A DNA stretch of 64,000 bases from Candidatus Latescibacterota bacterium (GTDB taxonomy: Bacteria; Latescibacterota; UBA2968; UBA8231), in contig CBDCNM010000002.1 in NCBI GenBank assembly GCA_965219385.1, positions 4,164,305-4,228,304 on the forward strand, given 5' to 3'. How positions within the stretch are numbered: the first letter of the stretch is position 1; the number at the start of each line of letters is the position of its first letter. A program made the translations under genes and the position numbers. This document shows positions 9,168 to 18,535 of this stretch, piece by piece. The notes below the pieces were generated by a model that had not been told where the DNA came from, searched no databases, and saw only the letters and a program-made list of their open reading frames with translations.

Positions 9168-10136
9168 TCACCGCACAAAGGTCGCCTTGATCCGGCTCCA
9201 GGTCACGCTCTCCACCGCTGAGTCGGGGAGCTCACCCCCAGGACCCACCAGCAGTCCCCGGACGAAGTTGTCGGCATTCCGGAATATAACCGACGAGTAA
9301 TCTCCCTCCGCAATAAAATGCGTAATAAAATGCATGCCTTCCGGCTGGATTCCCGCGTCGTCATGATCTAGAATTGTGAGGGAAAACCCGATCAGCGTCC
9401 CAGGCGACAACGCCGACACCACACTCTCCTCCGGGCTGTTCCAAATCAACCGATCAAAGGGTGTCACGTAGAATTCCGTCACCGAAAACGTGGGATGCTC
9501 GCCGAAAGAAGCCCCACCTCCCTCCACATACGGCGGCAGATTGAACCAGTCCTCGTCGCCATATAGACTCTGAGGGAACAAGCATACATGGGGGCCGCCG
9601 CCGACGATGTCACCCAGGACATGGTAGCCTTGAGCATGTTGATTCATCAGCAGTCGGCGCTCCTCATCGAACGAGCCGCCCACGATGACTGGGGGCATGA
9701 AGAAGTATTCCCCGCCACTGGCGTCGCCGTCCACTATGAAGCCTACATAAGAATCATGCCGCGCCATCTGAATACATGATGAGGAGATCGTTCCATCATA
9801 TTCATAGGTATTGATATATATATCATCGGAGCGCTCGACCGCCCCATAGATGCGCTGGGTGGCCCCGTGCCAGGCCAGCCAGACGCGGTAATCCATATCG
9901 GCCGGATTATACGGGGCCAGATCGGGACGGGTCTGAAAGTCCAGGGCAGTCAGGGTGGGTTCGCCCAGCAGGTCCACCCACTCGTCGATGGACCCATCGG
10001 TCACGTCAATCTGGGCCAGGTCCGCGTCGGTCAACTCGACGAAGGGATAGATCCTTTCGCTCTCCTGTGCCTCGGCGCCATGGAGTAGCCCCACCACCAG
10101 GCCGATAATGGGTAGGAAACGCTTTACCAGGTTCAT
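9168..10136 (-). CDS. Array paralog A6: secreted CBM9/DOMON-like protein (322 aa)
   Basis: Sec signal (AEA|QES), DGSIDEW, WLAW, TEFYVTPFD, GTLIGF and tail SAVESVTWSRIKATFVR. Confidence 0.85.
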   Translation of the reverse strand: MNLVKRFLPIIGLVVGLLHGAEAQESERIYPFVELTDADLAQIDVTDGSIDEWVDLLGEPTLTALDFQTRPDLAPYNPADMDYRVWLAWHGATQRIYGAVERSDDIYINTYEYDGTISSSCIQMARHDSYVGFIVDGDASGGEYFFMPPVIVGGSFDEERRLLMNQHAQGYHVLGDIVGGGPHVCLFPQSLYGDEDWFNLPPYVEGGGASFGEHPTFSVTEFYVTPFDRLIWNSPEESVVSALSPGTLIGFSLTILDHDDAGIQPEGMHFITHFIAEGDYSSVIFRNADNFVRGLLVGPGGELPDSAVESVTWSRIKATFVR

Positions 10137-10208
10137 CGTGGTCCTTCCTTAGGTTGAATTTCCATTGAAGTGGTCCCCTGGGCCCCGGCCGGCCGCCGGT
10201 CTGGCACC

Positions 10209-11168
10209 TCACCGGACAAACATCGCCTTGATCCGGCCCCAGGTCACGCTCTCCACCGCCGAATCTGGTACCTCACCCCCAGGACCCACCAGCAGCCCCC
10301 GGGCAAAGGTGTCGGCGTTCGTGGTATCGGACCAATAGTCCTGGCCCACAATAGAATGGGCAGTTTCCGCCCGCCAGGCGCCTTCCTCGTCAAGATCTGC
10401 AATGGTCAGGATAAACCCGATCAGGGTCCCACGCGACAACGTCGACACCACACTCTCCTCGGGGCTGTCCTGAATCAACCGATCAAAGGGCGTCACGTAG
10501 AATTCCGTCACCGATAGTGTGGGCTGCTCGCCGAAAGAAGCCCCACCCCCCTCCGCATACGGCGACAGATTGAACCAATCTTCGTCGTTATATAGACTCT
10601 GATCAACCAAGCATACATGGGGGCCGCCGCCGACGATGTCACCCAGGACGATGTAGTCTTGAGCGTGTTGATTTATCCGCAGCCGGAGTTCCTCATCGAA
10701 CCCGGCGCCTATATTGATACTGCCCTCCGAGAAGCGGCGGTATTCCCCGCCGCTGGCGTCGCCGTCCACACCGAAGAATACCGAAGAATCATGCTCGTTC
10801 ATCCAAATACATGAACGGATCGTTCCATCATATTCATACTTATTGATATATATATCATCGGCGCGCTCGACCGCCACATAGAGGCGCTGGGTGGCCCCGT
10901 GCCAGGCCAGCCAAGCGCGGTGATCCATATCGGCCGGATCATACGGTGGCCGATCGGGACGGATCTGAAAGTCCAGGGCGGTCAGGGTGGGTTCGCCCAG
11001 CAGGTCGATCCACTCGTTGACGGACCCATCGGTCACGTCGATTTGGGCCAGGTCCGCGTCGGTCAACTCGACGAAGGGATAGATCCTTTCGCTTTCCTGT
11101 GCCTCGGCACCATGGAGTAGCCCCGCCACCAGGCCGATAATGGGTAGGGACCTCTTTATTAGGTTCAT
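10209..11168 (-). CDS. Array paralog A5 (319 aa)
   Basis: Same scaffold as A6, intact ORF with GGAGG RBS. Confidence 0.85.
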   Translation of the reverse strand: MNLIKRSLPIIGLVAGLLHGAEAQESERIYPFVELTDADLAQIDVTDGSVNEWIDLLGEPTLTALDFQIRPDRPPYDPADMDHRAWLAWHGATQRLYVAVERADDIYINKYEYDGTIRSCIWMNEHDSSVFFGVDGDASGGEYRRFSEGSINIGAGFDEELRLRINQHAQDYIVLGDIVGGGPHVCLVDQSLYNDEDWFNLSPYAEGGGASFGEQPTLSVTEFYVTPFDRLIQDSPEESVVSTLSRGTLIGFILTIADLDEEGAWRAETAHSIVGQDYWSDTTNADTFARGLLVGPGGEVPDSAVESVTWGRIKAMFVR

Positions 11169-11588
11169 CCTAGTCCTCCCTTAGGTTGAATTTCCATTGA
11201 GGTGGTCATATATCCGTTGGGCCGCCATAAAGGCCGGCGATCCAACGGACAGGTTCACGCCATTGGACTCCGAGCACTCCGTGCGCTTCATCCAACCGCG
11301 CCAACTCGCTGCCTCAGTAATGGTTAGCCGCCGGCCAGCGCCTCACCGGACAACCGTTGCCTTGATCCGGCCCCAGGGTGATACGGGCACGGGTTCAGCG
11401 CGAGGGAAAACATTCGTTCTTTCAAGCAAAACCAACACGTTGCGCGGCGGTGCAAAAACCACCATAACCCGTCAATTCTTCAGATAGATAGCGATTTTCC
11501 CCTCTACTGAACCCGTGCCACCATGTACAACGGCGTAGCTTAAGTACCAAGCCGCTCAAGACCGTGAATCTTTATACCTTGAGCGTCA
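11169..11588. repeat. ~420-bp array leader, duplicated at 39611..40017
   Basis: Long near-identical stretches shared with 39611-40017, e.g. gatccaacggacaggttcacgccattggactccgagcactccgtgc. Confidence 0.9.
11386..11519. mobile_element. 134-bp MITE-like element, copy 1
   Basis: 13-bp perfect terminal inverted repeats GGCACGGGTTCAG (11386-11398) and CTGAACCCGTGCC (11507-11519), extending imperfectly to GGGAAAA. No target-site duplication seen. Confidence 0.5.
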
Positions 11589-11685
11589 ATAGCAATAGCA
11601 AAGATCTTCGTCATACACGGAACACATGTACCTAGAGCATTTTGCCCCGTGGGCGCAAATATGGGCACAGCCCTGCTCATTCTGA

Positions 11686-11978
11686 ACATAGATGCGGTGG
11701 GTGGCCCCGTGCCAGGCCAGCCAGACGCGGTAATCCATATCGGCCGGATCATACGGTGCCCGATCGGGACGGGTCTGAAAGTCCAGGGCGGTCAGGGTGG
11801 GTTCGCCCAGCAGGTCAATCCACTCGTCAATCGAGCCATCGGTCACGTCGATCTGGTCCAGGTCCGCGTCGGTCAACTCGACGAAGGGATAGAGCCTTTC
11901 GCTTTCCTGCGCCTCGGCGCCACCAAGCAGCCCCACCACCAGGCCGATAATGGGTAGGGACCTCTTTATTAGGTTCAT
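11686..11978 (-). pseudogene. Array paralog A4, 3'-truncated
   Basis: Family homology ends at ATHRIYV. The ORF continues in unrelated sequence to a stop at 11586. Confidence 0.85.
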
Positions 11979-12045
11979 CGGGGTCCTCCCTTAGGTTGAA
12001 TTTCCATTGAGGCGGTCACTGCGGCCACGCCCGGCGTCTTTGCGC

Positions 12046-12992
12046 TTAGCGGACAAACATCGCCTTGATCCGGCTCCAGGTCACGCTCTCCACCGCTGGG
12101 TCGGGGATCTCGCTCCCAGGACCCACCAGCAGCCCCCGGGCGAAGTCGTCGGCGTTCCGGAGACCGGTCCACTGGTCCTGGCCGCTAATAAAATGGAGCC
12201 CTCCCCGCAGCTCGCCTTCCACGTCAAAATCACGAATGGACAGGATAAACCCGATCAGGGTCCCACGCGACAACGCCGACACTACACTCTCCGCCGGGCT
12301 GTTCCAAATCAACCGATCAAAGGGCGTCACGTAGAATTCCGTCACCGATAGCGTGGGCTGGGCCCCGAAAGAGGCCCCACCCCCCTCCGCATACGGCGGT
12401 AGCTCAAACCAATCTTCCTCTGGGCTGGAAAACCCCAAGCATACATGGGGGTCGCTGCCAGAGATGTCACCCAGGACGATGTAGGTTTGAGCGTGTTGAT
12501 AATTCAGCAACCGGTGTTCATCCCGGTCCTCGATCTCGTTGTTCAAGAAGAAGTATTTTCCGCCGCTGGCGTCGCCGTCCACATCGAACACTACAGAAGA
12601 ATCATGCACCAACATCGAAATACATGGGAAGCTCGCATCACCACCTTCCGCAGCATCACCCTCTTCATAGTTATATATATATCATCGGCGCGCTCGACCG
12701 CCACATAGAGGCGCTGGGTGGCCCCGTGCCAGGCCAGCCAGACGCGGTAATCCATATCGGCCGGATCATACGGTGCCCGGGGATGGGCCTGAAAGTCCAG
12801 GGCGGTCAGGGTGGGTTCGCCCAGCAGTTCCACCCACTCGTCAATCGAGCCATCGGTCACGTCGATTTGGGCCAGGTCCGCGTCGGTCAACTCGACGAAA
12901 GGATAGAGCCTTTCGCTTTCCTGTGCCTCGGCGCCACCAAGCAGCCCCAACACCAGGCCGATAATGGGTAGGAAACGCTTTATTGTTTTCAT
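12046..12992 (-). pseudogene. Array paralog A3, frameshifted in the (AT)n run
   Basis: Split into 12591..12992 and 12046..12615. Removing one AT unit at ~12672-12682 restores DDIYNYEEGDAAEGG. Confidence 0.85.
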
Positions 12993-13033
12993 CGGGGTCT
13001 TCTTTTAGGTTGCATGGCCCTCGATCTTGCGCC

Positions 13034-13967
13034 TCACCGCACAAACGTCGCCTTGATGCGGCTCCAGGTCACGCTCTCCACCGCTGAATCTGGTACCTCA
13101 CCCCCAGGGCCCACCAGCAGCCCCCGGGCGAAGGTGTCGGCGTTCAAGGGACTACCGGTCCACTGGTCCTGGGCCCTAATAGAATGGTACCCCTGCCGCT
13201 CGCCTTCCTTGTCATAATCTGGAATTGACAGGATAAACCCGATCAGGGTCCCACGCGACAACGTCGACACCACACTCTCCTCCGGGCTGTTCCAAATGAA
13301 CCGATCAAAGGGCGTCACGTAGAATTCCGTCACCGATAGCGTGGGATGAGCCCCGAAAGAGGCCCCGCCCCCCTCCGCATACGGCGGCCGCTGAAACCAA
13401 TCTTCCTCTGGGCTGGAAAACCCCAAGCATACATGGGGGCCGCCGCCGAAGATTTCACCCAGGACGAGGTAGATTTGAGCGTGTTGATTCTTCAGCAACC
13501 GGCGTTCCTCGTCGTCCTCGATCTCGTTGTTCAAGAAGAAGTATTTTCCGCCGCTGGCGTCGCCGTCCACACCGAAGAATACCGAAGAATCATGCCCCAG
13601 CATCGCATCACATAAAGCTCTCGCATCACTACCTTCATAATTATTAATATATATCATCCGCGCGCTCGACCGCTACATAGAGGCGCTGGGTGGCCCCGTG
13701 CCAGGCCAGCCAGACGCGGTGATCCATATCGGCCGGATCATACGGTGCCTCATCGGGATCGGTCTGAAAGTCCAGGGCGGTCAGGGTGGGTTCGCCCATC
13801 AGGTCGACCCACTCGTCAATCGAGCCATCGGTCACGTCGATCTGGGCCAGGTCCGCGTCGGTCAACTCGACGAAAGGATAGAGCCTTTCGCTTTCCTGCG
13901 CCTCGGCTTCATAGAGCAGCCCCACCACCAGGCCGATAAGTTGTAGGAAACGCTTTCTTGTTTTCAT
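13034..13967 (-). pseudogene. Array paralog A2, frameshifted in the (AT)n run
   Basis: Split into 13644..13967 and 13034..13657. Adding one AT unit at ~13647-13654 restores DDIYINNYEG. Confidence 0.85.
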
Positions 13968-14008
13968 CGGGGTCTTCTTTTAGGTTGCATGGCCCTCGAT
14001 CTTGCGCC

Positions 14009-14944
14009 TCACCGGACAAACGTCGCCTTGATGCGGCTCCAGGTCACGCTCTCCACCGCTGAATCTGGTACCTCACCCCCAGGACCCACCAGAAGGCCCC
14101 GGGCAAAGGTGTCGGCGTTCCAGATACTGGACCGCCGGTCCTGGGCCATAATAGAATGGGCAGTTTCCGCCCGCCAGGCACCTTCTTCGTCAATATCTGG
14201 AATTGCCAGGATAAACCCGATCAGGGTCCCACGCGACAACGTCGACACCACACTCTCCGCCGGGCTGTTCCAAATGAACCGATCAAAGGGCGTCACGTAG
14301 AATTCCGTCACCGATAGCGTGGGATGAGCCCCGAAAGAGGCCCCACCTCCCTCCGCATACGGCGGCCGCTGAAACCAATCTTCATCGTTATATCCACTCT
14401 GAGCCCACAAGCATACATGGGGGCCGCCGAAGGTTTCCCCCAAGACGAAGTACCCTTGAGCGTGTTGATTGGTCAGCAGCCGGTATTCATCCGGGTCATC
14501 GATCTCGTCGCTGAAGAAGAAGTATTTCCCGCCGCTGGCGTCGCCATCCACATTGAACATTACATAAGAATCATGCCTATCCATCAAATCACATGAACGG
14601 ATCGTTCCATCATATTCATAATTATTGATATATATATCATCCGCGCGCTCGACCGCCACATAGATACGATTGGTGGCCCCGTGCCAAGCCAGCCAGACGC
14701 GGTGATCCATATCCGCCGGATCATACCCCGCGAGACCGGTCTGAAAGTCCAGGGGGGTCAGAGTGGGTTCACCCAGCAGGTTGACCCACTCGTTGACGGA
14801 CCCATCGGTCACGTCGATCTGGTCCAGGTCCGCGTCGGTCAACTCGACGAAGGGATAGAGCCTTTCGCTTTCCTGTGCCTCGGCTCCATGGAGCAGCCCC
14901 ACCACCAGGCCGATAATGGGTAGGAAACGCTTTACTGTTTTCAT
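14009..14944 (-). CDS. Array paralog A1 (311 aa)
   Basis: Start MKTVKRFLP at 14944 by homology. Intact to TWSRIKATFVR. Confidence 0.85.
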   Translation of the reverse strand: MKTVKRFLPIIGLVVGLLHGAEAQESERLYPFVELTDADLDQIDVTDGSVNEWVNLLGEPTLTPLDFQTGLAGYDPADMDHRVWLAWHGATNRIYVAVERADDIYINNYEYDGTIRSCDLMDRHDSYVMFNVDGDASGGKYFFFSDEIDDPDEYRLLTNQHAQGYFVLGETFGGPHVCLWAQSGYNDEDWFQRPPYAEGGGASFGAHPTLSVTEFYVTPFDRFIWNSPAESVVSTLSRGTLIGFILAIPDIDEEGAWRAETAHSIMAQDRRSSIWNADTFARGLLVGPGGEVPDSAVESVTWSRIKATFVR

Positions 14945-15015
14945 CGCGGCCTTCTCGTATGTTGCATGGGCCTCAAGACGGTCACCTGGGCCCCGGCCGG
15001 CCTCTGGCGAACGCC

Positions 15016-15248
15016 TCACCGGACAAAGGTCGCCTTGATGCGGCTCCAGGTCACGCTCTCCACCGCCGAGTCGGGGAGCTCACCCCCAGGGCCCACCAGC
15101 AGCCCCCGGGCAAAGGTGTCGGCGTTCGAGCTGTCGGACCAATAGTCCTGGCCCACAATAGAATGGACAGTTTCCGCCCGCCCGGGCGCCTTCCTCGTCA
15201 ATATCTCCAATGGTCAGGAAAAACCCGATCAGATCGCCACGCGACAAC
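15016..15248 (-). pseudogene. Array paralog A0, 3' fragment only
   Basis: AETVHSIVGQDYWSDSSNADTFARGLLVGPGGELPDSAVESVTWSRIKATFVR. The 5' part is missing. Confidence 0.85.
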
Positions 15249-15364
15249 CCTCCTTGAGCACCTCAATCCGGTCAATGGCAATGGATGGCATGACATTGAC
15301 AAAGCGACCGCCGAACAAACGCGCCGGGCAGCGCTCGTGGAGCGGAGAGTGGCCGACAGCCCCA

Positions 15365-15766
15365 TCACTCCGCCACGTAGCTCAGGACGAGATCGCGCAA
15401 AGTCACCATGCCGAGCGGGTTGCGCTCGTAGTCGACGACCACGGCGCGGGAGAGTTCAAAGCGCACGAGCAAGCGCACCGCGTAGCGGGCGAGCATGCCC
15501 GACGGCAGGGTCAACACCGGCTTTGACATGATTTCGTACACGTTGACGCGCTCGGGCGCGCGGTTTTTGGCGATCACCTCGCGTGCAATGTCCGCGACCA
15601 CGAGCAAGCCGAACTCGTCGTCGTCGTCGCGCCGGTTGACGGCGAGCGAACTGATCTCGTAGCGCTTCATGAGTGCCATGGCCTCGGCCACGGTCGCAAG
15701 CCTGTCGATAGTGTAGAGTTTGGAGCCCATGACGTCTCCGACCCGGATGGTGTGTTTCTCGCTCAT
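15365..15766 (-). CDS. CBS domain-pair protein
   Basis: VGDVMGSKLYTI...VYEIMSKPVLTL...LGMVTLRDL. Confidence 0.9.
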   Translation of the reverse strand: MSEKHTIRVGDVMGSKLYTIDRLATVAEAMALMKRYEISSLAVNRRDDDDEFGLLVVADIAREVIAKNRAPERVNVYEIMSKPVLTLPSGMLARYAVRLLVRFELSRAVVVDYERNPLGMVTLRDLVLSYVAE

Positions 15767-16113
15767 ATTTCGTCATCCACTTCTTCTAGGATGGTGGGAA
15801 GTTGGGTGGTGAGACCGACGGCGTCCTCAATCGGGATCTGGAAGGCAATGCCAGCGCCGGGGTCTTGCTCAAAGCGTCCGGCATCGCGGATGCGCTCCAA
15901 AATGTCGCGCGCTCGCGTCTCGACCACCAGGAACAGGACGACATCGCGACGGGCCGCCAGGTCGAGACCGAAAAAGGTTTTCTGCGGCTTCAGCCCTTCG
16001 CCGCGCACGCCAGTGATAATCGTCGCGCCGGTCGCACCGCCGGCGCGCGCAGCATCGACCACGGTATCGGTCTTGTCGTCGCTGACCAAGGCGATGATCA
16101 ACTTCAGTTTCAT
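15763..16113 (-). CDS. P-II family regulator
   Basis: KLIIALV, AGATGATI..RGEG and GIAFQIPIEDAVG motifs. Confidence 0.88.
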   Translation of the reverse strand: MKLKLIIALVSDDKTDTVVDAARAGGATGATIITGVRGEGLKPQKTFFGLDLAARRDVVLFLVVETRARDILERIRDAGRFEQDPGAGIAFQIPIEDAVGLTTQLPTILEEVDDEI

Positions 16114-16116
16114 GGC

Positions 16117-16902
16117 TCAAGTCTCCTCGGAATGGTTGGCGTTCCGCCGGCGACTCACCCAGGATACTACCATAGCATAGCCCAGCACGGACATGATGGG
16201 AAAGACGCTGGCGAACGCGATGAGGCCGAATCCGTCGATCAGCGGGCTGCGCCCGGGAACAGTGGCGGCGAGCCCCAAGCCCAGTGCGGCGACCACTGGC
16301 ACCGTGACGGTCGACGTGGTGACGCCGCCGCTGTCGTAGGCGAGCGGCACAATGGTCCGGCCCGACCGGAAGGTCTGGACGATCACCACGACATATGCGG
16401 CAATGATGTACCAGGGCAGGGGCGTGCCAGTGACGATGCGAAAGCAGCCCAGCGCCACCCCCACGGCGACCCCGAGCGCCACGGCGATTCTGAGGCCCCA
16501 GGAGTGGATCGCGCCGCCCGAGACCTCCTCGGCCTTGAGCGCGACCGCGATGAGCGAGGGTTCGGCCACTGTCGTCGCAAAGCCGATCGCCGCGGCAAAG
16601 GCGTAGACCAGCAGGTAGTCGTACCAGTCGACGCCGTCAGCCAGACTCCCCTTCCCAATGGTCTCGGGCGCGGTGAGTTGGCGCGCCATGGTCTCGCCGA
16701 TGGGGAAGAGCGCCTCCTCCAGGCCAATGAGGAAGAGCGTGAGTCCCAACAGGACGAAGACAAACCCGGTCGCGATCCGGCGCAGGTTTGGCAGGTTGCG
16801 GCGCAGCACCGCAACCTGGAACAGAACGAGGATGCCGACAATAGGCGCCACATTGAGCGCGGTGGAAACCGCGGTGACGGCAAAAGTGAGCAGGAACTCC
16901 AC
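16117..16902 (-). CDS. DUF1538 family membrane protein
   Basis: [26 protein letters not shown] and [10 protein letters not shown]. Probable GTG start at 16902. Confidence 0.88.
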   Translation of the reverse strand: MEFLLTFAVTAVSTALNVAPIVGILVLFQVAVLRRNLPNLRRIATGFVFVLLGLTLFLIGLEEALFPIGETMARQLTAPETIGKGSLADGVDWYDYLLVYAFAAAIGFATTVAEPSLIAVALKAEEVSGGAIHSWGLRIAVALGVAVGVALGCFRIVTGTPLPWYIIAAYVVVIVQTFRSGRTIVPLAYDSGGVTTSTVTVPVVAALGLGLAATVPGRSPLIDGFGLIAFASVFPIMSVLGYAMVVSWVSRRRNANHSEET

Positions 16903-16903
16903 C

Positions 16904-17638
16904 TCAGACCACCATGCCATAGGCCAGTACAAAGATTATGGGCGTCAGGCTGGCAAAGGCGATGAGCCCAAAGCCGTCGACCATTGGATTGCGTCCCCGG
17001 ATTGACGTTGCGAGCCCGACACCCAACGCGGTGACGAGCGGCACTGTGATCGTGCTGGTGGTGACGCCACCGGAATCGTAGGCCACGCCAATGATCTCTG
17101 CGGGCGCAAACGCGGTCATTGCGGTCACCAGCGCATAGCCCCCGATGATCAGCCGGTGGATCGGCCACCCCTTGAGGATGCGTAGCACGCCGAGCACGAT
17201 TGCCGTGCCGACTGAGACCGCCACCACCATGCGCAACTCAAAGGCGTACGCAGCGCGCACCTCATCGTCGTCGGCAATGGCACCGGCTTCCGCGGCGACT
17301 TCGGCCGCCTCCGCGGCAACGGCGATCAGGGCCGGCTCCGCGACCGTGGTGCCAAAACCCAAGCAAAAGGCAAAGGCCAACAGCGCGGTCGCGCTCCCCT
17401 TGCGCGCAAAGGCCTGCGCAATGGCCTCGCCGAGGGGAAAGAGACCGCTTTCGAGTCCCTGGATGAAGAGCGTCAGGCCGGCGATCACGCAGACCAGCCC
17501 AACGGCGACGCGCTCGAGATTCGGAAAGGGCTGCTGCAACACCGCGATTTGGAAGAACGCGATGACGATGATGATGGGCACCAAATCGCGCAGCGCGTCG
17601 ATGATCCGCCGCAATATCGCGCTCAGGGCTCTGGTCAC
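16904..17638 (-). CDS. DUF1538 family membrane protein
   Basis: [26 protein letters not shown] and [10 protein letters not shown]. Confidence 0.88.
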   Translation of the reverse strand: MTRALSAILRRIIDALRDLVPIIIVIAFFQIAVLQQPFPNLERVAVGLVCVIAGLTLFIQGLESGLFPLGEAIAQAFARKGSATALLAFAFCLGFGTTVAEPALIAVAAEAAEVAAEAGAIADDDEVRAAYAFELRMVVAVSVGTAIVLGVLRILKGWPIHRLIIGGYALVTAMTAFAPAEIIGVAYDSGGVTTSTITVPLVTALGVGLATSIRGRNPMVDGFGLIAFASLTPIIFVLAYGMVV

Positions 17639-17648
17639 AATATCTCTC

Positions 17649-18430
17649 TCACAGGGCCGCGGCTGCGGAGTAACTGAGGCCGAGATCGAATTGGGCGTCC
17701 CGAGCCGCGACCTGAAGATCGCGCGTGACCGACCCGGCGATGCGCCCAGTACGGGATTGACGGCTCAGGGAGCGTCCAGGCCCTTCATTGCCAACCAGGC
17801 GACCATAGAAGTACCAGTCGTTTGCGAGGCAGTCTTCCAGAGATGCAAACCCCGCCGTCTCGTAGCTCGAACTGCAGAACGCTCGCCGCCCCGGGTGGTT
17901 GGCCCCAACGACTTGATTGCCGTTGAACAGCGTGATAGGCGGGAAAGAAGGCGTCGTGGTGTAATGGGGTATATAGGCGTCGGCCCACATGAACTCCAGA
18001 TGATACTTTGCGTTGTCGCCCCAAGGCCCGTTGATTTCGGAGAAGGTGCGGAGATGGCGCTGTTGCTCGATCAGAATATCCCAGGGTTGGTAGCGGAAGC
18101 GGCACGTCGAACTTTCGGCATGGCCGCCGAGAGCCTGGCAATTAGGATCGATAAAGCGGCGGGCATCGACGAGCGCCTGAACGAATTCATCCTTGTTTTC
18201 CGCGCCCGACAGCGCCGGCACGAGGAACGCACCAGGGTTGCCAGTCCCCGGACCATCTTATCCGCAATTCGACGGTCGTGGTCTGCCCGGCCTTCACCTC
18301 GACTGGTCGCGCTCGCCCGCGAGTAGCCGATCAATTCGGCCCTCACTTCGTGCGCGCCCACCGGCACGTCGAGAATGGTGAACCGGCCCTGCTCGCCCGA
18401 CAAGCCGCCCAGTTCCAGGGCTGCACATAC
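17649..18430 (-). pseudogene. Remnants of a second TonB-dependent receptor
   Basis: GLSGEQGRFTILDVPVGAHEVRAELIGY (~18310-18420) and TCRFRYQ...FSEING...YTTTPSFPP...HPGRRAFC (17680-18110) match segments of 18536..21718. Confidence 0.8.
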
Positions 18431-18535
18431 CAGAATCGGAATATACCTGCTCTAAAGCTGCACAGGACTTCCTCCTTTTGTCAGGCGCGTGTGCGTGCAG
18501 CAGGCTCGCAACCGGCTTGTCTTTGCGCCGGCCCT

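Noticed and set aside
10060..10136. Array N-termini as class III (pilin-type) signal peptides
   Set aside because: No Gly/Ala at -1 before the hydrophobic stretch and no E+5. A clear AEA|Q signal peptidase I site is present.
11505..11520. Sigma-54 promoter (TGGCACG on the minus strand)
   Set aside because: The -12 element reads CAGT rather than TTGC. The sequence is better explained as one arm of the inverted repeat.
9168..15248. CRISPR array
   Set aside because: The repeats are ~1-kb coding paralogs, not 25-45 bp repeats with unique spacers, and there are no cas genes.
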